Source: a virus (lineage: Duplodnaviria > Caudoviricetes). From it: a DNA stretch of 27,156 nt. The stretch is from positions 1 through 27,156 of the IMG/VR virus record IMGVR_UViG_3300049049_000183. One strand, 5' to 3'. The notes under the pieces were generated by a model. The model searched no databases. It saw nothing but the letters and a program-made list of their open reading frames with translations, and was not told the origin of the DNA. A program made the translations under genes and the position numbers. Each line of letters begins with the position of its first letter. Positions within the stretch are counted from its first letter, which is position 1. Below, piece by piece: positions 1-6,479 of this stretch.

Positions 1-242
1 CGCAGCTGATGCGCCTGCTCGACACCTCCAGCCGTGCCGAGGGCGTGCGCATCTACATCGGCGGCGAGAGCCAGGTCGTGCCGTACGAGGAGCTGTCCAT
101 CGTGTCCGCGCCCTACGAGGTCGACGGCCAGGTGGTCGGCACGCTGGGCGTCATCGGCCCGACGCGCATGGCCTACGACCGCATGATCCAGATCGTCGAC
201 ATCACGTCGCGGATGGTCGGGCAGGCGCTTTCCCAGCGTTGA
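1..242 (+). CDS. hrcA: Heat-inducible transcription repressor HrcA, C-terminal part (5' end outside window)
   Basis: Translation contains IYIGGES...[27 protein letters not shown], the characteristic HrcA C-terminal GVIGPTRM motif; TGA at 240-242. Confidence 0.95.
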   Translation, partial: QLMRLLDTSSRAEGVRIYIGGESQVVPYEELSIVSAPYEVDGQVVGTLGVIGPTRMAYDRMIQIVDITSRMVGQALSQR

Positions 243-253
243 GCGGCGCTGAC

Positions 254-270
254 TAGAATCCGCGCCTCCT
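254..270 (+). promoter_or_regulatory. Probable stable-RNA promoter (-10 TAGAAT plus GC-rich discriminator) of the host tRNA
   Basis: TAGAAT at 254-259 followed by CCGCGCC, about 16 nt upstream of tRNA position 1; no convincing -35. Confidence 0.6.
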
Positions 271-275
271 TCCGG

Positions 276-314
276 GGGCCGTTAGCTCAGTTGGTCAGAG
301 CAGAGGACTCATAA
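276..314 (+). pseudogene. 5' half of host tRNA-Ile2 (anticodon CAT), truncated at the anticodon loop; prophage attachment junction
   Basis: GGGCCGT-TA-GCTC-AGTTGGTCA-GAGC-A-GAGGA-CTCATAA gives acceptor 5' strand, D arm, anticodon 5' stem and loop. The next bases (GGTCCC...) do not continue the cloverleaf and no T arm or CCA follows. C4/C5 favour Ile2 over Met. Confidence 0.9.
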
Positions 315-399
315 GGTCCCGGACAGACCGCCACGAATGGACGAAGACCCTTTACCCATGCGGGTTCTAAGGCGGCAGAGGTGCAACGTCTAAAAACTG

Positions 400-418
400 C
401 TTTCCACCAACTTTCCAC
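400..418 (+). repeat. Tandem direct repeat CTTTCCAC x2; candidate integrase arm-type binding sites
   Basis: CTTTCCAC at 400-407 and 411-418 (11-bp period), partial inverted copy GTGGAAG at 449-455, about 90 bp from the att core. Confidence 0.55.
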
Positions 419-468
419 TTTGGCCTGCGGCATATAAGTCACCGCCCGGTGGAAGGCTATCCGCGGCA

Positions 469-484
469 CTGTATGAAAATACAG
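469..484. promoter_or_regulatory. LexA (SOS) box
   Basis: CTGT-ATGAAAAT-ACAG, an exact CTGT-N8-ACAG match with AT-rich spacer in GC-rich DNA, 3 nt before ATG 488. Confidence 0.85.
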
Positions 485-487
485 TAC

Positions 488-859
488 ATGTTGGTCGACA
501 TCATCGAACTCAGGCACTGTGACCACGCCCGGGACCGCGATGCGGTGCGAGCGACGGTGCCTGTGCGGGTGACCATCGACATCGACAGGTTCTGGACGCA
601 CGAGAACCTGGACCGGCCCAAGGTCCACGCGAGCGTCCATCCGATGGTGCTCGAGCCGCTCTACGACGTGCGCATCCGATACTGGCGGCGCGTGAACATC
701 GTGTTGACCGGCCGCCAGCGGCAGGCCGTCCCTGGTCGCAAGAGCAGCGAGGCGATGTATGAGCAAACCTGGTGGTGCCGGCTCGTGTTGGACCCGACCG
801 TTCCACCCATGGCTCCCATCGCCAGGAAGCGTCTACCGGCGACCTACAATGCGTCTTGA
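488..859 (+). CDS. Hypothetical prophage protein (123 aa), probably SOS-inducible
   Basis: ORF with GC3-rich codons (MLVDIIELR...YEQTWWCRL); ATG 488 directly follows the LexA box (alternative ATG 473 lies inside the box). Confidence 0.7.
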   Translation: MLVDIIELRHCDHARDRDAVRATVPVRVTIDIDRFWTHENLDRPKVHASVHPMVLEPLYDVRIRYWRRVNIVLTGRQRQAVPGRKSSEAMYEQTWWCRLVLDPTVPPMAPIARKRLPATYNAS

Positions 860-861
860 GT

Positions 862-1154
862 GGGCCGGACGCCGTGTTGGTTGCAGGCAGCGGACTCATA
901 GCAATAGTTGTGCACCCCGTCGGAAACGGCGGGTGTGAATGGCGTCAAATTCGGTGGAACCTGACGGCTGCGATGCAGCGCAAGGCAATGCCGAGCCAAG
1001 CCCCGCGAGGGGAAGGTGTAGAGACTAGACGGCGCCCGCCTAACGCTCGAAGAGAGCCATGGTGAAGGCATAGTCCAGGGAGGTCGGAAACGACCACAAA
1101 CCGGAATCCGTCAGCGAAAGCTCATCGTGGGTTCGAACCCCACCCGGCCTACCA
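862..1154 (+). tRNA. Prophage-borne intron-containing tRNA(CAU), probably Ile2; exons 862-899 and 1105-1154, 88 nt spliced, long variable arm
   Basis: Acceptor GGGCCGG/CCGGCCT, D stem GCC/GGC with GG in loop, anticodon stem GCGGA/TCCGT, loop CTCAT^AA, V arm AGC-GAAA-GCT, T arm GTGGG-TTCGAAC-CCCAC, A73 and encoded CCA. Possible -10 TACAAT at 845-850. Confidence 0.9.
900..1104 (+). ncRNA. Group I self-splicing intron, subgroup IC3 (Azoarcus tRNA-Ile type), 205 nt, no ORF
   Basis: IGS GTG pairing with exon CAT (G.U at splice site), P2 with GAAA loop, P3 GGCGTC/GGCGCC, P4 TTCGGT/GCCGAG, P6a CCCC-GCGA-GGGG, GTGTAGAGACTAGACGG, P7 GACTA/TAGTC in AAGGCATAGTCC, P9 GGTCG-GAAA-CGACC, ends CAAACCGG (omega-G 1104) then exon AATCCG. 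Confidence 0.96.
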
Positions 1155-1164
1155 CTCACCCCCG

Positions 1165-2154
1165 CTACACCTTCTTGGTGTAGTGCTGGTCGAAGACCTG
1201 CAAGATGTTCGCATTGAAGTACGGCTTCTTCGGGCCGGCCGGGTTCTCCAGGTCCAGATAGCGAACCTTCGCGTAGCGCTCGTCGCCAAGCAATGGCTTC
1301 CGCACAGCGTGGAAGTCGTTGTTCATCTTGAAGTCGCTGTAGCGGTCGTTCAATCGCTTGCACAGCTCGTCGTAGGTCCAGGGATATCGTTCCTTGATGT
1401 CCTGTTCCCCAAGCGTCACTTTGATGGCATCGGCGTCCCTGGAGATTTGAACCTTCGACGCAGTGGCAAGGGCGCTTTTCTCCAGCTTGACCTGCAGGCG
1501 GATAGCCACGGCGTAGTCGCTGTCGCCATCGCCCACCTCTTGTGCGAGGTTCTTCAGGTGCTCGATGAGGCGAGATTCATCCGCGGAAACGACGACGGCG
1601 CCAGCCTCCTGCGCGGGGGCCACAAATGACAGCGGCAACACCAGGTTCAGGATGCCTGCGAAGTCCTTCGCGAACCAGCTCTTGGCCAGCAGGATGAAGT
1701 TTCTGACTGAAGCTGCCGCAAGCTCTTGGGTCTGTCGGGCCAGCGTCGCGCTTGCGGTGATGAAGTGAACGCTGTTGTCGCGGATTTCGACCAAAGCGTC
1801 GAGATTAGCCTTCACCTCCTTCGCCAGCTTGGTCGCGGGGGCCGCATCAAGCTTCGTGATGCAGGCACCCAATGTGATGGAGTGGGGGTTGCCGGCGCGG
1901 TTGCGCTTCAGGAACTTCCGCTCCGACTTGACACCGGCAGCAGTCAGGCGCGTCTCATACACCCGGAGGGCGGAGATGGCGTTGTTGGCATCTTTCAAAA
2001 CCTTGGCCTTGAGCAGCAATTCCCAAGCGTTCAGGGCCAAGATAGCGAAGGTCTCTTCCCTGTAGAGGAAGCTCGGCTTGTTGTAGACCTCCACCGCCGC
2101 GGTGAGCGCAGCTGCGGCTTTGTCCACGAACCTTTGATGCAGTGGCGGTCTCAT
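1165..2154 (-). CDS. DUF3644-domain protein (HEPN-like putative RNase), 329 aa, candidate defence/toxin
   Basis: N-terminal AVEVYNKPSFLYREETFAILALNAWELLLKA typical of DUF3644; RDNSVH is an Rx4H motif; ATG 2154 preceded by AGGGAGG. Confidence 0.82.
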   Translation of the reverse strand: MRPPLHQRFVDKAAAALTAAVEVYNKPSFLYREETFAILALNAWELLLKAKVLKDANNAISALRVYETRLTAAGVKSERKFLKRNRAGNPHSITLGACITKLDAAPATKLAKEVKANLDALVEIRDNSVHFITASATLARQTQELAAASVRNFILLAKSWFAKDFAGILNLVLPLSFVAPAQEAGAVVVSADESRLIEHLKNLAQEVGDGDSDYAVAIRLQVKLEKSALATASKVQISRDADAIKVTLGEQDIKERYPWTYDELCKRLNDRYSDFKMNNDFHAVRKPLLGDERYAKVRYLDLENPAGPKKPYFNANILQVFDQHYTKKV

Positions 2155-2202
2155 CGGACGCGTCCTCCCTGCTAGTGATTCTCGCCGCTTACAGTTGCTC
2201 TT

Positions 2203-2469
2203 GTGAGCAACACCAAGCCAGATACCCTTCACCTGTTCGAGATGCACGAGCGCTTCGGAGCGCTGTCTCGCGTGAGCTACTGCCTGCACCGGCCGGGCTA
2301 TCCGATTCCATACGTCAAACTCGGTGCGACCCTGGAAGAGGTGGCCGCTTACTTGCGGCAATCTGGACAGGAAGTGCTGCCGCTGCCGCTGGAAGAAGGC
2401 TGGCCCGACGAATGCCAGGACCTCACCGATGAGGCATGGGCGACCATCAGAAACCTGATGGCCAAGTAA
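2203..2469 (+). CDS. Small acidic hypothetical protein (88 aa)
   Basis: ORF fills the gap between DUF3644 and a terminator hairpin; plausible codon usage; start uncertain (GTG 2203 or ATG 2242). Confidence 0.6.
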   Translation: MSNTKPDTLHLFEMHERFGALSRVSYCLHRPGYPIPYVKLGATLEEVAAYLRQSGQEVLPLPLEEGWPDECQDLTDEAWATIRNLMAK

Positions 2470-2490
2470 AACGGCCCCCGAGGGGCCGTT
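2467..2490 (-). terminator. Intrinsic terminator at the end of the tail operon (possibly bidirectional)
   Basis: AACGGCCCC-CGA-GGGGCCGTT hairpin (2470-2490) between convergent genes; short T run on the minus strand. Confidence 0.75.
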
Positions 2491-2494
2491 GGGT

Positions 2495-3415
2495 TCAGTA
2501 CCAAATTTCGACCATGCCAGGGCCGCCAGGGCCGCCGCCGTTGCCGTTGGAACCGCCACCGCCACCGCCGCCAGGTGCGTGGCCTGTCTCGCCGCCGGAA
2601 TAGGCGTTGCCCGTGCCACCAACGCCGCCCATAGGGCTGCTACTGCCGTTGGCGGGATAAAGGGTGCTGCTAAAAACCGCGCCCATGCGGGAAGCTTCGC
2701 CGGTGAGGTTGATGTCGCCGCCCGAGGCGCTGCCGCCGTTGTGTGAGCCACCGCCGCCAGCAGTCATGCCAGCGCCAAAGCCTGTCGGCGGGCTTACAGA
2801 GCTGTCGCCGCCAGGGCCGGGCGAAGCGCCTGCAGAATTGCCAAAGGTGCCGCCATGCCCGACGACAATCGTCCAGACTTGGCCAGGAGTCACGTCGCGA
2901 ATGAACTCTGCATAACCTCCGCCAGCGCCGCCGCGGCCGAACGTGGTCGGTGTAGTGCCGGGGTTGCCTTCGCCACCTTCGCCGCCGCCCCATGCGCGGA
3001 AGCGGGCACGCGTAACGCCAAAGGGGACCGTCCAATAGAAGGTGCCGGCAATGTCGTAGCGCTGAACAGTCGTGAAGCCGCCACCACCTGGGGGGCCAAC
3101 CAACGAGATACCGGCAGGCCACGCGTCAGCGGACTTGGGGCCGTAGAGCGCGGTCGCAGTGATGTCAATGTAGAAGTCACCGTTGGCCCCAAGCGAGTCA
3201 TCCGGCGCGCCAGAGCCGCTGTGCAGGGAGTTGCCAGAACCTCCCGCGCCAATGAGTTCGGCGAGGTAGTTCGTGCGGGCTACCAGTGCGACGGCTTGGG
3301 CGTTCATCGTCCCGTCCGCGCCTCCCCGGGCGATGCAAGGGACGCTCAGTTGCGGCACATCGACCCAGGCCGGTGCGGCGACGACAACGCCATCGAAATC
3401 AGCAGGTGTGGACAT
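2495..3415 (-). CDS. Glycine-rich tail fibre / receptor-binding protein
   Basis: Fibre-type N-terminus (WVDVPQL..GGADG..NAQAVALVARTNYL), GSGAP..G.NGDFYID..LYGPK motif, Gly-rich C-terminal domain (WTVPFGVT..AWGGGEGG..GGAGGGY..GMVEIWY). Confidence 0.8.
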   Translation of the reverse strand: MSTPADFDGVVVAAPAWVDVPQLSVPCIARGGADGTMNAQAVALVARTNYLAELIGAGGSGNSLHSGSGAPDDSLGANGDFYIDITATALYGPKSADAWPAGISLVGPPGGGGFTTVQRYDIAGTFYWTVPFGVTRARFRAWGGGEGGEGNPGTTPTTFGRGGAGGGYAEFIRDVTPGQVWTIVVGHGGTFGNSAGASPGPGGDSSVSPPTGFGAGMTAGGGGSHNGGSASGGDINLTGEASRMGAVFSSTLYPANGSSSPMGGVGGTGNAYSGGETGHAPGGGGGGGSNGNGGGPGGPGMVEIWY

Positions 3416-3439
3416 TGTTGTTGTTCTCCATGCAGGGCG

Positions 3440-3976
3440 TCATCGCTTGATGCCGTCCAAGATTTGGCTGCCATCGAGGCGCCAGGTGCCGTCAAGGCGC
3501 AGCGGTGACTGCTGCGGGACGTCGACCGGGGTCAAGTGCTCCCAGTGCCCAAGTCCCCGCACGCCAATCTGAACCGGTGAGCGGCCGAAGCCCGCGACAT
3601 GCACAGTGATTTGCGCGCACAGCTCGTCGCTGCGATGCCATTCGACGTGGATGTCCACCTTCGTGGCCACACCGTCGTCGATGAGCCACTGAAGGGCCTC
3701 GGCGATGAATGCCTCGGCGAGACCAAGGGTCGCGGTCGTGTGCTTCGCTCGCGTGAGCAGCCACAGGCGCGAGCCGATGGCGTTGTTGGAGCTGTCCGCC
3801 CACCAGCCGCGGCGGTCGGTCGTGCCGTCTGTGAGAACGTCGTCCGGCCCAGCCAGGCGGTCGGTGAACAGCGAGATGAGGACTGCAGTGACGATGTCAT
3901 CCCCAGACTCCAGGTCGGCTCCCGCGAGCGACCAGTCGCCGTAGGTGGTGTGCCAGAGAGTGGAGATATCCGGCAT
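3440..3976 (-). CDS. Mu gp46-like baseplate wedge protein with C-terminal LDGxWxLDG extension
   Basis: TAVLISLFTDR...RGWWAD...IGSRLWLL.RAK...AEALQWLIDDGVA signature of the GP46 family. Confidence 0.9.
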   Translation of the reverse strand: MPDISTLWHTTYGDWSLAGADLESGDDIVTAVLISLFTDRLAGPDDVLTDGTTDRRGWWADSSNNAIGSRLWLLTRAKHTTATLGLAEAFIAEALQWLIDDGVATKVDIHVEWHRSDELCAQITVHVAGFGRSPVQIGVRGLGHWEHLTPVDVPQQSPLRLDGTWRLDGSQILDGIKR

Positions 3977-3978
3977 CG

Positions 3979-4692
3979 TTACGTCCGGATGATGTAGTTC
4001 AGCGCGACGTTGCGCGGCCGGGTTTCGGTGCCGATGACGCCCGGCGGGTTGACCGTGCCGTCGACGTCGCTTCCGTCGTTCGTCCAGTAGAGGTAGTCGT
4101 CGTTGTCGGTGCCAGCGTCAGAGCCGAAGTGGCCGCGGCTGTCGGAATGGCCGAACGGCGCGCCAGCTGGGTATTCGCCGAACGGGCTCGCGTGCTTGTG
4201 GGTTTGCACCTGGCCAGCTTGCGACGAACCGAGCGCACGACCGGCATCGACGCCACGACCGGCATCCGCGCCACGGATGAACTCGCCGCGCAGGTCAGGG
4301 ACGTTGAAGGTCGTGCTGCCGTCGCCGGCGCCGAACGTCGTCCCGATGGCAGCGAACAGCGCCGGGTAGTCGTCACGGCTTACCGCGGAGCCATCGCACA
4401 GCAACCAGCCCGTCGAGGGACTCGAGGATGCCGTGGCAACCACACTGCCTGTTGGCACTTGGTAGCGCATCTCCAGCGCCTGCTGAAGCTGCGTGACGTC
4501 GGTCGCCGAAGGCGTGAGGCCCGCGGCCTCGATGACACCAACAATTTCCTGCATCAGCTGATACCACGCGTAGGCACCGGGCACGGTGGGGGCTACCGAG
4601 CCCAACACGCCGTTGGTCGGGTAGCCCGCAGAGCCAGGTGACGGCGGGGTGGGCGGAGTCGGCGAAGCGCCGGACTCAAAAAGCATCTTCAT
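3979..4692 (-). CDS. Tail fibre protein with tail-collar domain
   Basis: Mu-type fibre N-terminus (QEIVGVIEAAGLTP..TQL), collar motif GWLLCDG.AVSR..YPALFAAIGT.FG.GDGSTTFNVPDLRGEFIRG, C-terminal ETRPRNVALNYII. Confidence 0.9.
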   Translation of the reverse strand: MKMLFESGASPTPPTPPSPGSAGYPTNGVLGSVAPTVPGAYAWYQLMQEIVGVIEAAGLTPSATDVTQLQQALEMRYQVPTGSVVATASSSPSTGWLLCDGSAVSRDDYPALFAAIGTTFGAGDGSTTFNVPDLRGEFIRGADAGRGVDAGRALGSSQAGQVQTHKHASPFGEYPAGAPFGHSDSRGHFGSDAGTDNDDYLYWTNDGSDVDGTVNPPGVIGTETRPRNVALNYIIRT

Positions 4693-4705
4693 TGGCAGGG
4701 TCCAA

Positions 4706-5338
4706 TCAGGCGAACACAACGTTGGTGTGCGCAGGGGCGTAGCGGCTGATAACCGCTTGCAGGGCCGCGTTGCCGCTCGCTCCGGTCACCAGCCATGAAA
4801 ACGCCCACGCGTTGCCGCGTATAGGAACCGTGCAGTCGTCCGTGGTGAAGGTCGGACGGTATTGCGTGATGCCGATGGTCACGCCGAACGCGGCAGCGAC
4901 CCCGACGAAGTAGGCGATGCTGGCGCCGCCCACGGAGGACAGCGCGGCAATGACCTGTGCCTGTTGGCCAGCGAGCGTTGGAGCGAGCGCTGTGCCGTCC
5001 GCTGGCAGACCGAGGGTCGACTGCCACTCCGCGAGCAGGTATTGGGACGATGCGGGGAACGCGTCTTCGATGAGGTCGTTGGCGTTCGCACTGACCCGTT
5101 GAAAACTCGCCGCCAGAGCTCGAACCACGGCCGTCTGCGTGGAGTCTGGGTCGCGTGGCCATGCCCGCCCCACCGGCAGGAGGTTCTGCAGCGCGCCGGC
5201 GTAGTCGGCCACCGTGTATTTCGGCGCGTTGCCAGGCGGCGTTACCGCGGCCAGAGCTGCGGCGTAGTCGGCGAGCGAGCCGCCACCGGGGACCGGCGAC
5301 ATGCCCCCGGCTTGAATGGCTTCGATGAGCGCGCTCAT
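4706..5338 (-). CDS. Mu gp48/YmfQ-like baseplate protein (DUF2313)
   Basis: DYAGALQNLLPVGRAWPRDP...LLAEWQSTLGLP...PAHT motifs; directly after baseplate J. Confidence 0.88.
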   Translation of the reverse strand: MSALIEAIQAGGMSPVPGGGSLADYAAALAAVTPPGNAPKYTVADYAGALQNLLPVGRAWPRDPDSTQTAVVRALAASFQRVSANANDLIEDAFPASSQYLLAEWQSTLGLPADGTALAPTLAGQQAQVIAALSSVGGASIAYFVGVAAAFGVTIGITQYRPTFTTDDCTVPIRGNAWAFSWLVTGASGNAALQAVISRYAPAHTNVVFA

Positions 5339-6468
5339 GCCCAGGTCACCGTGCCCATGGTCGGCAGATGGCCGACGGGGACAACGATGCTCGCTGCGGG
5401 AGTGGTGAGAACGCCGGCGCTGGTGCCCGGCACGTTGGAAATCGCGCCCTCCAGCGACAACACGCTAATGGTGCAGCCCAGGGCCGAGCCTTGTTCAGCA
5501 ATCACGGCAGCCAAGTTCGCCTGCACAGCGGCCTTGACGGTCGGGGAAGCAGCGCTCAGGCCGGTGATGGTTAGGTTGATGGGCTGCGGAACCGCAGCGA
5601 CAACGTAGACCAGGGCCGTGACGGGCTGCAGCGGCATGATGTAGTCCGCGACTGCCAGCAGGTCGCCGGTAGCCTGAACGCCGCGGGTCTCGCTGGTCGC
5701 TACGCCGTTCGTGCCTTGCGGGAAGCCACCGTGTGCGGCTTCCGCATGGTCGAACATCGGGTATACGACGACGCTTCCCGGGCCGTAGCCGTTCGGAGCG
5801 ACCCACACGCGCGTGACGCCTGGAACTTCGAGCGTCCACTGTTGATAGTCCGCGAGGCTGCCACCGTGACCAGGGTTGCGATACGCCCGCAGCATGCGGT
5901 CGCGAAGAGATTCATCAGTCTCCAGGTCGGCACCGCCGGTGAGCGCGTCAAACACCGTCACCGAGGACGGAACACCCGCGAACGGAACGCCAAAGGAGAG
6001 GATGGAGCCTGCAGGCGTGTTTTGAATCGCACCCACAAGGCCAGACGGGTCAGGAACACCCTTGACCGGAATCGTGAACGGTGAGGACGTGGACGTGGTG
6101 ATGGCCGCAGTCGTAACGAACTTCTGGCCGTCGCCGCGAACCAGCGTCGTGCCTTCTGGGATGACGACGCCTGGACCCGTCCCCATGTGCCCTTGAACGG
6201 AGCCGGTGGCGCTAGCCGCGGGCAGGCGATACACGCCCTTTACTGCTGCCCAGGACTCCAGGAACTCGCCCGTCGATGTGACCGGGGTCGACTGCTGCCC
6301 CACCCAGTCGATGTAGCCATAGAGCAGGTAGGTCAAGCCGGCGAGCGCCGTGCCCAGGATGCCCAGGTTGGAGAACCGGAGCAGCGGGTCTGAGCCAGGC
6401 AGCGCCGCGGCGATGTCTTGCGCGGCTTGCGTCTGTAGCTGTGAGATGGTTGGACGGGGAAACGGCAT
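5335..6468 (-). CDS. Baseplate J / Mu gp47-like protein
   Basis: MPFPRPT start, GGADLETDESLRDR..GG...DY..W..EVPGVTRVWV motif. Confidence 0.93.
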   Translation of the reverse strand: MPFPRPTISQLQTQAAQDIAAALPGSDPLLRFSNLGILGTALAGLTYLLYGYIDWVGQQSTPVTSTGEFLESWAAVKGVYRLPAASATGSVQGHMGTGPGVVIPEGTTLVRGDGQKFVTTAAITTSTSSPFTIPVKGVPDPSGLVGAIQNTPAGSILSFGVPFAGVPSSVTVFDALTGGADLETDESLRDRMLRAYRNPGHGGSLADYQQWTLEVPGVTRVWVAPNGYGPGSVVVYPMFDHAEAAHGGFPQGTNGVATSETRGVQATGDLLAVADYIMPLQPVTALVYVVAAVPQPINLTITGLSAASPTVKAAVQANLAAVIAEQGSALGCTISVLSLEGAISNVPGTSAGVLTTPAASIVVPVGHLPTMGTVTWA

Positions 6469-6479
6469 CGTTGTCTTTC

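Noticed and set aside
313-1104. One long ORF-containing intron joining the host 5' half (276-312) to the 3' exon (1105-1154), with ORF 488-859 as homing endonuclease
   Set aside because: The chimera would have T7:C66 and A28:G42 mismatches, while exon 862-899 pairs properly and forms a local P1 hairpin. The ORF has no LAGLIDADG, HNH or GIY-YIG motif. Rare mis-splicing at the upstream CAU cannot be excluded.
862-1154. Calling the CAU tRNAs tRNA-fMet or elongator tRNA-Met
   Set aside because: No C1:A72 mismatch or GGG/CCC anticodon stem for fMet; C4/C5 with G68/G69 and the intron type point to Ile2. Identity still needs experimental confirmation.
2155-2751. 199-aa N-terminal extension of the 528-aa ORF 1165..2751
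   Set aside because: It overlaps two other genes and a terminator; the DUF3644 similarity and a strong RBS begin at ATG 2154.
2495-4692. Invertible tail-fibre cassette or diversity-generating retroelement
   Set aside because: Both fibre genes are co-oriented, and no invertase, reverse transcriptase, flanking inverted repeats or TR/VR pair is visible in the window.
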